A stretch of 63,214 nt of DNA, counting the filler, from Nemertoderma westbladi (taxonomy: Eukaryota; Animalia; Xenacoelomorpha), in NCBI GenBank assembly GCA_032718475.1. It is 3 parts of 3 records of this genome, joined end to end, with 100 filler letters (N's around TTAATTAATTAA, not from the genome) between each part and the next. Parts side by side here need not be neighbours in the genome. Positions count along the whole stretch, not along the records: positions 1 to 23,161 come from JAUCBJ010004988.1; 2 more parts are not named here. One strand, written 5' to 3'. Shown one piece after another: positions 1-11,727 of this stretch. The notes below the pieces were generated by a model. It ran no database searches. It was given only the letters and a program-made list of their open reading frames with translations, and was not told the origin of the DNA. The first letter of the stretch is position 1. Every line of letters starts with the position of its first letter. Position numbers and translations under genes: made by a program.

Positions 1-1
1 T

Positions 2-187
2 CTACTTCTCTGGCAACCAACTCATGGAAAGCGTAGTCGTGGACGACCTGCCATAACATATATAGATCAACTTGAAAGGGATACTGAACTTGGGAGAAAC
101 GAAATTGCGACAACTATGGAGAATCGGGAAGCCTGGAAGGATCTCATTTCCACTGTCCGAGTTCGCTCGACCTAGTAGTAGTAGTAT
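2..187 (+). mobile_element. 3' end of an RTE-type LINE
   Basis: Frame from nt 2 reads LLLWQPTHGKRSRGRPAITYIDQLERDT...MENREAWKDL...ST* (stop 173-175), the typical RTE ORF C-terminus, followed directly by a (TAG)n tail. Confidence 0.8.
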
Positions 188-1446
188 AATTAACTTTATA
201 CTGAAATGCGTTAGAATATTGACGTTCCAATATTGATGCTAAGGCTGTAAGGCTCAGCTCACTCGATATTATTCAACTGGGCCTACTGTACTTCGACAAC
301 TTCGGTTGGTCACAGTAAAGTATAGGATAATAATAACAATAATAATCCATAAAAACCTTCTTTAATATTTGAATAACGTGGACAGAGCTGCTATAATGTG
401 CAAATCAATCTGATTGGTCAATTCATTGCCTGTTCTTTCTCAACCCAGTCCACCTTATTCAAATTTGAAAAAGGTGGACAACATAGCTGAAAAGGGTGGA
501 GATGCTGTGTGACGCAAATCGCCCGCGATTGGTCTGTCCATTGTCCATGTTTTCTGTGTCCAGTCCACCTTTTTCAAACACCCTCTTCATATCTACTATC
601 CTTCCAATTACAGAACTATTGGCCTAACCAGTTGACAGATTGGAAGAGCGAATTCCTAGGAAAAAGTGCCCGGGCCGGTGTAACAGACTGAGATAACTCC
701 CCACCAAATATGACTCCCCAGTCTTCTCAGCCTAGGCTGAGAACACTCCCCAGTTTTCTCCCTATATTTCTTGATTAACGGAAAGGAGCAGGTTACAGTG
801 GCGGGCTTTTCTAACCAAAACAATAAACGATAACTCAATAACATAGGTTACAGTTTTATTTGTGACACCGGAAACTAACCACAACCACTGAATGACTTTT
901 ACGGTATAATAATTGTTATTGTTGTATTTAAATTATAACCTATCATGTCCGATAGCGATACATTCATACAACTCCAAAACAACGCACTCTAACTAGTTCG
1001 ACTAGTTAAAAGGAAGCGAAGTGTCGGTGATCAACATGCCGATGTCCTGTTGTTCTATTCCACTCTAGAGAAGCAGCTTGGGCTTGGACTTTCAAAATGG
1101 GCCAAGAATAGCGGTCTCTCAGTTAATCTCAAAAACGGCCTTGCTCATACCTGTTTCAGTTATCCATAACTATGAAACGAGATATTCACAGTCCCAAAAT
1201 TGTTTTAGAGTAAGAAATTCACTTCGTGTGCGTGAACAATCAATTTTCCAAGTTTCACCAATCATCTGGAACAACTTATCCTCATCAGTGCGACAGTCTA
1301 GTACTATAGGTATTTTTAAGCGTACTTTAAAAAATTATCTGTATGATCTTGCTGCTTAATTTTAACTTCAATAGGCCCCAATTGCTAATATTTACATTTG
1401 TATTAAGTAGTATTTTGTTTTAATTTAGTATTGTAGTTACTAGTAT

Positions 1447-1835
1447 GGGGCCGTCCAAGTATGACGTCTGCACTTTTCCCCAAAATGTTGACCCCCTCCC
1501 TCCCCTAAATCAGATGTCATCAGATAGGCGTTGACCCCCCCCCCCCCCTCCCCTAAATCAGATTAAAAAAAATTTCGCGTCCTAATCACTGAAACATGGT
1601 GACTGGTAACTGAAACAGAAGGTCGTGCTACGGGCCTTCGGGGGCTTCGAACAATTAAAATAGGCAAGCTATTTACTCTTCTGCTATATCTCTTCTAGCA
1701 CCTATAAATGAACATGCTGACGTCAGATTTTGGCTGACCCCCTCCCCTCCCCTCATCAGCACGTCATCAGATTTTCCCAACCCCCCCCCCCCCCCCCCCC
1801 CCCCTAAAGTGCTGACGTCATACTTGGACGGCCCC
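1447..1835. mobile_element. PIF/Harbinger-like MITE
   Basis: TIRs GGGGCCGTCCAAGTATGACGTC / GACGTCATACTTGGACGGCCCC with 3-bp TSD TAT (1444-1446, 1836-1838). Confidence 0.8.
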
Positions 1836-2068
1836 TATGGGGTGTATGTGTGTGTGTATAAACATGTGTCTGTGTCTTGCCTTTGTGTGTGGATTTGTTA
1901 AGTGTGTGTTAAGTAGTTTTTTGTCCTTCTGAATACTATATTATCGCCAATAATTAAAAAAAAATTATATAGATTAAATAATTATCTTAGTTGTCTTTTC
2001 ATAAGTGTAACTGTGTGTTTTGGTGGCTGAATTAATGGGATCTCCTGTCTCAGCCACCAACCACAATA

Positions 2069-4448
2069 CTGCCGTTGTTTGGCAATACACCCTATCTCAA
2101 AATTTTCAAAAAAAATTTTATTTGATCAATTGGGGTAACTTGACACGCTCTTTTCAATGAAACTAAGAAAAGTGGGGTGTTCCTTTCACGAAATCGGACT
2201 TTTTAAATCTTAAAACACCCCATGGCAGCATCTTAAATCAACAGCTGCGAGGCAAAACACCCCATAGCTAAATTCGACCATATAGGGTGCTTTGCCTTGT
2301 TAACTCTGTCGACCAAATAACCCTATCCTTGAGTTAGGGTTTTTTGCCTTGCGCTTTACTTTTAAGCCAATCAATTATTTAAGGAATTGACCAATCAGAA
2401 GTAATATCCTTTGTCATTTAATAATATTTATTTACACTACTTAAAGGTAACTCTGTCTGGCGGGAAATTAATTTTAGTTATTTTAATTTGACCTGGTGCT
2501 AATTAATTTACCCTATCTAGTTATATTGATTTTTGTTAGGAATTTACTCTTTATTACAACCAACAGTGTACTAACAGTCTTGTAAGTTTTAAGGGGAAAT
2601 TGAGTTTGACAATAATGACGAGGAAGAGAATCTGGATACGTTTTTTGGATTTGTTATTACATCAGAAGGAGAAATAGGAACTGGGACAAATGGAGTAGTT
2701 GGACGCGGGCTTGAGATGGGTGATGTAGTCGTTGTGTTAGGTACTGGGGAAGCGGAAGGTGAAAAAGATGGAGCTCTTGTTGGAACTGGGGAAGGTGGAA
2801 TGGTTGCTGGAACTGGGGGAGGTAGAATGGTTGTTGGAACTGGGGAAAGTGGAATGGTTGTTGGAACTGGGGAAGGTGGAGTGGTTGTTGGAACTGGGGA
2901 AGGTGGAATGGTTGTTGGAACTGGGGAAAGTGGAGTGGTTGTTGGAACTGGGGAAGGTGGAGTGGTTGTTGGAACTGGGGAAGGTGGAATGGTTGTTGGA
3001 ACTGGGGAAAGTGGAGTGGTTGTTGGAACTGCGGAAGGTGGAGATGTGGTTGGAACTGGTGAATGTGGAGATGTGGTTGGAACTGGGGGAGGTGGAATTG
3101 TTGTTGGAACTGGGATTGGAACGGGGGAAGGTGGAGATGTGGTTGGAACTGGGGAAGGTGGGGTGATTGTTGGAACTGGGGAAGGTGGAGTGGTTGTTGG
3201 AACTGGGGAAGGTGCAGATGTGGTTGGAACTGGGGATGGTGGAATGGTTGATGGAACTGGGGAAGGTGGAATGGTTGCTGGAACTGGGGATGGTGGAGAT
3301 GTGGTTGGAACTGGGGATGGTGGAGTGGTTGTTGGAACCGAGGAAGGTGGCATGGTTGTTGGAACTGGGGATGGTGGAGATGTGGTTGGAACTGGGGATG
3401 GTGGAATGGTTGATGGAACTGGGGAAGGTGGAATGGTTGCTGGAACTGGGGATGGTGGAGATGTGGTTGGAACTGGGGATGGTGGAGTGGTTGTTGGAAC
3501 TGAGGAAGGTGGCATGGTTGTTGGAACTGGGGATGGTGGAGATGTGGTTGGAACTGGGGAAGGTGGAATGGTTGTTGGAACTGGGGATGGTGGAATGGTT
3601 GTTGGAACTGGGGAAGGTGGAATGGTTGCCTGAACTGGGGAAGGTGGAATGGTTGTTGGAACTGGGGAAAGTGGATTGGTTGTTGGAACTGGGAAGGTGG
3701 AATGGTTGTTTGAACTTGGGATGGTGGAGATGGGGTTGGAACGGGGGAAGGTGGGGGTGGGGTTGGAACGGGGGATGGTGGAGATGGGGTTGGAACGGGG
3801 GAAGGTGGGGGTGGGGTTGGAACTGGGGATGGTGGAGATGGGGTTGGAACGGGGGAAGGTGGGGGTGGGGTTGGAACTGGGGATGGTGGAGATGGGGTTG
3901 GAACGGGGGAAGGTGGGGATGTGGTTGGAACTGGGGAAGGTGGGGATGTGGTTGGAACTGGGGATGGTGGTTAAATAAATACCTTTACTTTTTGTATTTC
4001 TTTGGGAAGGAATTAATTTTAGTCATCTCATCATTCTTCATTTTGACTTCTTGTTGACATGGCAATACACCCCAACTCCAGCAAGCTCTAAACTAATAAT
4101 ACGTGATACAAAATGCTCTACAAAACATGCTGGCAGAACAAAAAATCACTGTTTTATACTAGTTTCTATGAAACCAGAACCATTGGTTAAACACCCTATC
4201 TCCAACAAATCAGCTTACATTGAATGGCAAAACACCCTATAATTTTATTTCATCACTTTAATCCCTTTTTCGTCATCTCTCACCATCAATTCTATTAAAA
4301 AAATCTAAGTTAGCCTGTTAAGTTCCCTTAGGACCCATTATCAGCGATTTCTCACAATGTCTTCAATGTTGAATTAGGGGAAACGCGTTTAGGTTAATAT
4401 CTCAAAATGTGTTTTTTTAGGATAGGGTGTATTGCCAAACAACGGCAG
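2069..4448. mobile_element. Non-autonomous DNA transposon, Sola1-like
   Basis: Perfect 28-bp TIRs CTGCCGTTGTTTGGCAATACACCCTATC, 4-bp TSD AATA (2065-2068, 4449-4452), repeated subterminal ACACCC(C/T)AT motifs and no transposase ORF. The Sola1 assignment is inferred from the termini and TSD length. Confidence 0.75.
2740..3972. repeat. 27-bp minisatellite inside the Sola1-like element
   Basis: Unit GGAACTGGGGAAGGTGGAATGGTTGTT; the minus strand reads (PPSPVPTT[S/T/I])n. Contains a 162-bp higher-order duplication and a 1-bp deletion near 3690. Confidence 0.95.
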
Positions 4449-5152
4449 AATATGTACTTACATTTTTTTATAATATGTTATTATTATTATTATTGTTTTT
4501 TTTTCTGTAACTCTATATCATGAACCTTATACTTATATATGTTTTATGCAATATTATCTTGTGTATCTTGTGGAAATTGTTAATAAAGTTCAAGTTCAAG
4601 GCTGTCCTGAAATTACGACGTGGGGGAAGGTTTGCCCAAGAGGATAAGGTTCTCTACAACGGCGAACCGGTGCCAATGGCCACATCCTTGCTCTCCAGCC
4701 CACTGTGTTATTTTGAAAATAAACATTCTCCCATCATAACCTACAATATCACCACCTTCTGGGAGCACCTAACAACCGTAAATATACATAGTATTGATCG
4801 TGTTAAAGCAACATTTAAAGCCGTAGGAGTCTCCCTTAACCGCTTAGTTTATATATGCAATAAGTAACGAACGTTACTTAGTAGAAGAAATAGTGAACAT
4901 GTTCCATATGAGAGAAACAACGTTAACGTGGAACGCAGGAGTGTAAATGTCTGAACTATAAAGTTTATTAATAATTAAGTTTATTATTTAAAATGCATTT
5001 ATGTTTTTATAAATATAAAAACTATAAAAGTCTGTTTAAATTTCTTATTAATAAATTAATTCTTTCAAATTTAAAATGATGTGCCACGTTCTTAAGAAAT
5101 GCGACATTTTCACGTAACAAATGGAATGTGATCTCCAATTATCTTTGTGCAG

Positions 5153-5418
5153 ATTGGAAGACCCACAGGACGGATTACTACGAATGTAGCAAGTACAGAG
5201 AAAACCCTGATTCTTCTAAGAACTCCAACACGGACGCCAGAGCGGCGCTAAAGAAGTACCTCTTCTATTTCGAGAGGTGGGAGAATCATCGCAAGAGTTT
5301 AGAGTTAGAGAAAGAGACGTTGGCTGGAATAAAGAGAATGATTGAAGAAAAAACCAAGGACGAGGGTACTTGGATCGATTGGCAGTATTTGATTAATGCT
5401 GCTTCGGTATTGGCCCAG
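5153..5418 (+). CDS. ARIH2: Ariadne-2 RBR E3 ubiquitin ligase, internal exon
   Basis: AG|...|GT boundaries. [18 protein letters not shown]...[19 protein letters not shown]...GTWIDWQYL matches the end of ARIH2 RING2 and the Ariadne domain. Confidence 0.93.
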
Positions 5419-5599
5419 GTTAGTACGTACCGGTACGCTAAGTAGTAAAAATGTATCCGTATCTTGTAACATAACCTGAAAACACATCTTACATGTAAGC
5501 AGGCATAATCGTCCTTCCCATTTATAGGAAGCAGACATGCACGGTATATTTTTGACTATGACGCACTTCCAGCGGTTTATATAACTTATTTCATTACAG

Positions 5600-5752
5600 T
5601 GCCGGTACACCCTTCAATACACTTACCCCTATGCGTACTACTCACAAGCCGCCCAACGCAAACAATTGTTTGAGTTCAATCAGGCCGTGTTGGAACGACA
5701 GATTGAACAGTTGTCCTGGATGATAGAGCGAGCCAAGAAAGGCGATAAGGGG
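5600..5752 (+). CDS. ARIH2: ARIH2 penultimate exon
   Basis: CAG|TGC...GGG|GT, 51 codons: [51 protein letters not shown]. Not in the ORF track. Confidence 0.93.
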
Positions 5753-6129
5753 GTTAGTATCCAATCAGATATCAGGATATAGTCAGCAAAGTTAGCTAGT
5801 AAGTGTTGTAGAGTTAACCTGTCGCTGTATCCACACAGACACTGTCACACTAGACTACTGCCTATATTACTATAATTTATAACTGATTCTTATCGCACCT
5901 TTACTTAAACTTGAATTGGTTACAGCGAGTGAACTTGCCATGCTATAAAATCTGAAAGCAGATTCGGAATCAGCATCGTCCAATTGTATAGAAAAGTGTA
6001 TTTTCATATGAACAAATTGATATTTTAAAAATAATGCTTAAACCCACACAATTTGGGGGCCCTTGGAGAGGGGCCCAAAATTTGAGTCAATTTCTTATAG
6101 TGGAAACGCTCTTTTCTTATGCCATGTCA

Positions 6130-6550
6130 GTCGAATTCTCAAAATTTTCTGAACCTTTGTTGCCCTAGTTTATTCTTAACAAATGTCGTTGAATATATTG
6201 AAAAAAAACATATGCGGGGATAAATAAAATTAATTAAATAACGAAGTTCAATGCAGTCGTACGTAGTCTAATGAAGATAAGTTAAAAAGTTACAAGCTTT
6301 CAGGTTCAGTTGGAACACTTCGGCAGGCGTATATTGTTAAAAAAAATAACGATATACTGTACAGTTGCAACGTCTTAACTTATCTTCATTAGACTAAGAC
6401 TGCAGTGAACTTTTTTAGTTTACTTCAGTTGAACTGCAGTTATTTAATTAATTATATTTATCCCCGCATTTAATGTTTTTTTGTTCAATATATTCAACGA
6501 CATTTATTATGAATAAACTAGGGCAAAGGTTCAGAAAATTTTGAGATTTG
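6130..6550. mobile_element. Foldback (long inverted-repeat) element in ARIH2 intron
   Basis: CTCAAAATTTTCTGAACCTTTG...GCGGGGATAAAT...TAGTCTAATGAAGATAAGTTAA is mirrored by its reverse complement at about 6375-6550. Confidence 0.75.
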
Positions 6551-7569
6551 GGCAGAAAGTATATTGCGAATGTCAGCACAACAAAGATCTTACAACAAGA
6601 TCTTGACAGAAGAAAATATACAACAAGATCTATAACAAGATGACAAGGGGGCCCCTTCGGGCCCCTTGTTAAGTCGGGGCCCTGGGCAATTGCCCAAAAA
6701 GCCATGCCATAATCAGGGCCTGGCCGCGCTTAAAATTTGTAAAGTTCAATATGCTTGAGCACACCCTAAAAATTGAGATATGATGCTCAAATTTTTTTTG
6801 GTGTGTTTTCTCATGGAATGGACCCAATTGACACCCTTAGCGATCAAAAAATCACATTTTCGATTTTATAGAACCACGCTACTGTCCACCCTTTCCCTAA
6901 CCAGGCGCTTAACCTAAACCTATAAATAGTGTTGATTGATATGGCAACCGTTACCAAGCAATGGATAGTAGTCTCCATTAATTTCCTCGAATATATCAGG
7001 CAACGAACATTCAGACACGCAAACATATAAATAGTATTAAAGGCATTAGGTATTAGGAAGTTGGGTTAGTGAATCAGCTACTGTACTGCAACTCAAAATT
7101 TGGCTAAATATATAGTGAGTTGGTAAGAAGGTGGAGTTATAAGCGACAAATGCTTTTAAGATGATAGATCAAAAAATATATGCAATATACAGTAGTTCGC
7201 ATTCTGGTGTTTCGAGGAAAGTATATTACGGACACTATGGACACTATATTACGGGTCATGGTGTATATTGAATAGTTAGAAAAGCCCGTCTCTGTTACCT
7301 GCTCTCATTCCTCATTGTAACTGTTTATTGTTTTGGTTAGAAAAGCCGCCTCTCTAATCTGCTCCTTTCTCTCAATTGGTAATGTTATCGTTTATTATTT
7401 TAGTTATAAAAGACCGTCAGGGTCAAAATCATTAAAAGTGGTCAAAACTAAACCAAAACATTAGACACTCAATAACTTTTGACTTCCTCGATCGTTTCCA
7501 ATAATTTATATCTTAAAGTGACCGGCATTTTTTGGTGTTATAGAGACCATTTATTACCAATTCCATACC

Positions 7570-10500
7570 ATAACGAATTATTGTAGTCGTACTCTCAGTA
7601 TAACGAATTATTGTAGTCGTACTCAGTGTTATAACGAATTATTGTAGTCGTACTCTCAGTATAACGAATTATTGTAGTCGTACTCAGTGTTATAACGAAT
7701 TATTGTAGTCGTACTCTCAGTATAACGAATTATTGTAGTCGTACTCTCAGTATAACGAATTATTGTAGTCGTACTCTCAGTATAACGAATTATTGTAGTC
7801 GTACTCTCAGTATAACGAATTATTGTAGTCGTACTCAGTGTTATAACGAATTATTGTAGTCGTACTCTCAGTATAACGAATTATTGTAGTCGTACTCTCA
7901 GTATAACGAATTATTGTAGTCGTACTCTCAGTATAACGAATTATTGTAGTCGTACTCAGTGTTATAACGAATTATTGTAGTCGTACTCTCAGTATAACGA
8001 ATTATTGTAGTCGTACTCTCAGTATAACGAATTATTGTAGTCGTACTCTCAGTATAACGAATTATTGTAGTCGTACTCAGTGTTATAACGAATTATTGTA
8101 GTCGTACTCCGTGTTATAACGAATATTGTAGTCCTACTCAGTATAACGAATTATTGTAGTCGTACTCAGTGTTATATCGAATTATTGTAGTCGTACTCTC
8201 AGTATAACGAATTATTGTAGTCGTACTCTCAGTATAACGAATTATTGTAGTCGTACTCAGTGTTATAACGAATTATTGTAGTCGTACTCTCAGTATAACG
8301 AATTATTGTAGTCGTACTCTCAGTATAACGAATTATTGTAGTCGTACTCTCAGTATAACGAATTATTGTAGTCGTACTCTCAGTATAACGAATTATTGTA
8401 GTCGTACTCAGTGTTATAACGAATTATTGTAGTCGTACTCTCAGTATAACGGATTATTGTAGTCGTACTCAGTATAACGAATTATTGTAGTCGTACTCAG
8501 TGTTATAACGAATTATTGTAGTCGTACTCTCAGTATAACGAATTATTGTAGTCGTACTCTCAGTATAACGAATTATTGTAGTCGTACTCTCAGTATAACG
8601 AATTATTGTAGTCGTACTCAGTGTTATAACGAATTATTGTAGTCGTACTCTCAGTATAACGAATTATTGTAGTCGTACTCTCAGTATAACGAATTATTGT
8701 AGTCGTACTCTCAGTATAACGAATTATTGTAGTCGTACTCTCAGTATAACGAATTATTGTAGTCGTACTCAGTGTTATAACGAATTATTGTAGTCGTACT
8801 CTCAGTATAACGGATTATTGTAGTCGTACTCAGTATAACGAATTATTGTAGTCGTACTCAGTGTTATAACGAATTATTGTAGTCGTACTCAGTGTTATAA
8901 CGAATTATTGTAGTCGTACTCTCAGTATAACGAATTATTGTAGTCGTACTCTCAGTATAACGAATTATTGTAGTCGTACTCTCAGTATAACGAATTATTG
9001 TAGTCGTACTCTCAGTATAACGAATTATTGTAGTCGTACTCTCAGTATAACGAATTATTGTAGTCGTACTCAGTGTTATAACGAATTATTGTAGTCGTAC
9101 TCCGTGTTATAACGAATATTGTAGTCCTACTCAGTATAACGAATTATTGTAGTCGTACTCAGTGTTATATCGAATTATTGTAGTCGTACTCAGTGTTATA
9201 TCGAATTATTGTAGTCGTACTCAGTGTTATAACGAATTATTGTAGTCGTACTCTCAGTATAACGAATTATTGTAGTCGTACTCAGTATAACGAATTATTG
9301 TAGTCGTACTCAGTGCTATAACAAATTATTGTAGGTGTACTCAGTGTTATAACGAATTATTGTAGTCGTACTCAATGTTATAACGAATTATTGTAGTCGT
9401 ACTCAGTGTTATAACGAATTATTGTAGTCGTACTCAGTATAACGAATTATTGTAGTCGTACTCAGTGTTATAACGAATTATTGTAGTCGTACACTCAGTA
9501 TAACGAATTATTGTAGTCGTACTCAGTGTTATAACGAATTATTGTAGTCCTACTCAGTATAACGAATTATTGTAGCCCCACTCAGTGTTATAACGAATTA
9601 TTGTAGTCGTACTCAATGTTATAACGAATTATTGTAGTCGTACTCAGTGTTACAACGAATTATTGTAGTCGTACTCAGTGTTACAACGAATTATTGTAGT
9701 CGTACTCTCAGTATAACGAATTATTGTAGTCGTACTCAATGTTATAACGAATTATTGTAGTCGTACTCAGTGTTACAACGAATTATTGTAGCCCCACTCA
9801 GTGTTATAACGAATTATTGTAGTCGTACTCAATGTTATAACGAATTATTGTAGTCGTACTCAGTGTTATAACGAATTATTGTAGTCGTACACTCAGTATA
9901 ACGAATTATTGTAGTCGTACTCAGTGTTATAACGAATTATTGTTGTCGTACTCTCAGTATAACGAATTATTGTAGTCGTACTTAGTGTTATACGAATTAT
10001 TGTAGTCCTACTCAGTATAACGAATTATTGTAGTCCTACTCAGTATAACGAATTATTGTAGTCCCACTCAGTGTTATAACGAATTATTGTAGTCGTACTC
10101 AATGTTATAACGAATTATTGTAGTCGTACTCAGTGTTACAACGAATTATTGTAGTCGTACTCTCAGTATAACGAATTATTGTAGTCGTACTCAATGTTAT
10201 AACGAATTATTGTAGTCGTACTCAGTGTTACAACGAATTATTGTAGTCGTACTCTCAGTATAACGAATTATTGTAGTCCTACTCAGTATAACGAATTATT
10301 GTAGTCCTACTCAGTATAACGAATTATTGTAGTCCCACTCAGTGTTATAACGAATTATTGTAGTCGTACTCAGTGTTATAACGAATTATTGTAGTCGTAC
10401 TCAGTGTTATAACGAATTATTGTAGTCGTACTCAATGTTATAACGAATTATTGTAGTCGTACTCAGTGTTACAACGAATTATTGTAGTCGTACTCAGTGT

Positions 10501-10761
10501 TATAACGAATTATTGTAGTCGTACTCTCAGTATAACGAATTATTGTAGTCGTACTCAGTGTTATAACGAATTATTGTAGTCGTACTCTCAGTATAACGAA
10601 TTATTGTAGTCGTACTCTCAGTATAACGAATTATTGTAGTCGTACTCTCAGTATAACGAATTATTGTAGTCGTACTCTCAGTATAACGAATTATTGTAGT
10701 CGTACTCAGTGTTATAACGAATTATTGTAGTCGTACTCTCAGTATAACGAATTATTGTAGT
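7570..10761. repeat. 28/30/31-bp satellite, about 105 units, in ARIH2 last intron
   Basis: Core ATAACGAATTATTGTAGTCGTACTC followed by TCAGT, AGTGTT or AGT. Confidence 0.97.
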
Positions 10762-10961
10762 TTTTTATATGTTTTAACATCCATAGATTGTATAAATTAT
10801 TAAGTAATTTAAACAGGACTTAGGATGACCCAACAATATAGCAAATCTCTAGCAAATTCATTTTTTCCGCTCCATTTGCTATAGATTTGGTGATTGGCCA
10901 AAATGTCCTGTTTAAATTACTTAATAATTTATTGTAGTTTTTCTGTCATTTTTTTTTTCAG

Positions 10962-11036
10962 AAAATTGAAATTCAAGTGGCTGCGGTTGCTAACTCACGG
11001 AAAGGGCTCCTTAGGGAATTCAGTGAATGTCGGTAA
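10962..11036 (+). CDS. ARIH2: ARIH2 terminal coding exon
   Basis: Polypyrimidine tract plus CAG acceptor, phase 0. KIEIQVAAVANSRKGLLREFSECR* aligns with the ARIH2 C-terminus ([20 protein letters not shown]). Confidence 0.8.
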   Translation, partial: KIEIQVAAVANSRKGLLREFSECR

Positions 11037-11404
11037 CCATGGAGATTTAGCCGAAGCCAATGAAGAAGTTATGTCAACTTCCAGAATTTGCTGCAATAAT
11101 TATAAAGTTTACTTAACGAATCGTCTGGTTACGTTTGAAGTGATATATATATTATAAACTTTTAGACAACTGCGGCTTTATATTCAATGCAACGTTTTTT
11201 TAATTTGATAAATTTACCAAATTATTTATAGGCGATAATAACAATACAAATATATTATCTATCAACTCAAGTCGACAATAACTAATCTTATCAAGTGCTA
11301 GTACGTAATTGTACTCATAAATTGAAATTTAATTAAATAAGATTTTATATTTTTCAATTAACTGTTTCAGTGGAAATGCTATCAAATGCTTTGTATGGAG
11401 TCCC

Positions 11405-11512
11405 TCTGTGTGGTGGCGGGGTAGTTTTCGGTTCGAATCCCGCCAGGTTCCATTCAGCTTTTCATCCACTGGTGTCGATAAGATGAGAACCAGTTGAATT
11501 ACTACTGGGGGG
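11405..11512 (+). mobile_element. tRNA-derived SINE fragment
   Basis: B-box GGTTCGAATCC followed by a core CAGCTTTTCATCCACTGGTGTCGATAAGATGAGAACCAG, similar to the element at 15240-15460. Confidence 0.55.
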
Positions 11513-11727
11513 CAAAACAACTTGGGTCTTTGTTTTGTACTCACCCGTTGTTTAGGGTCTGAAGTGCAAATGGGCTTAGCAGAATTCCCACCCCACCAAT
11601 TGATGCATTGGCAGAATTTCTCCTGCTGACTTTGTTACTAACGTCCATCCATTTCCAATGTCATTTTACTTCATGGAAAATCCGATTCATGACAAATTCG
11701 ATGTTCTTGGATACAGTTATGTCAATA

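Larger units (their letters stand above)
1160..4600 (+). mobile_element. CR1/L2-type LINE 3' remnant, interrupted by two DNA transposons
   Basis: HNYETR...SIFQVSPIIWNNLSSSVRQSSTIGIFKRTLKNYL* (stop at 1359) matches CR1/L2 ORF2 C-termini. The AT-rich 3' UTR ends in AATAAA-GTTCAAGTTCAAG at about 4582-4600. Continuity across the insertions is inferred. Confidence 0.6.

Noticed and set aside
2589-4057. Host mucin or Gly-rich protein genes from the overlapping long ORFs
   Set aside because: Frames are open because the 27-bp unit lacks stops. There is no signal peptide or splice context, there is a frameshift near 3690, and the region is enclosed by TIRs and a TSD.
7570-10761. CRISPR array (repeats of about 30 bp)
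   Set aside because: Units are head-to-tail with no unique spacers, there are no cas genes, and the array lies in a spliceosomal intron.
11405-11450. tRNA gene
   Set aside because: A B-box is present but no cloverleaf can be folded, and it continues into a SINE-like core.
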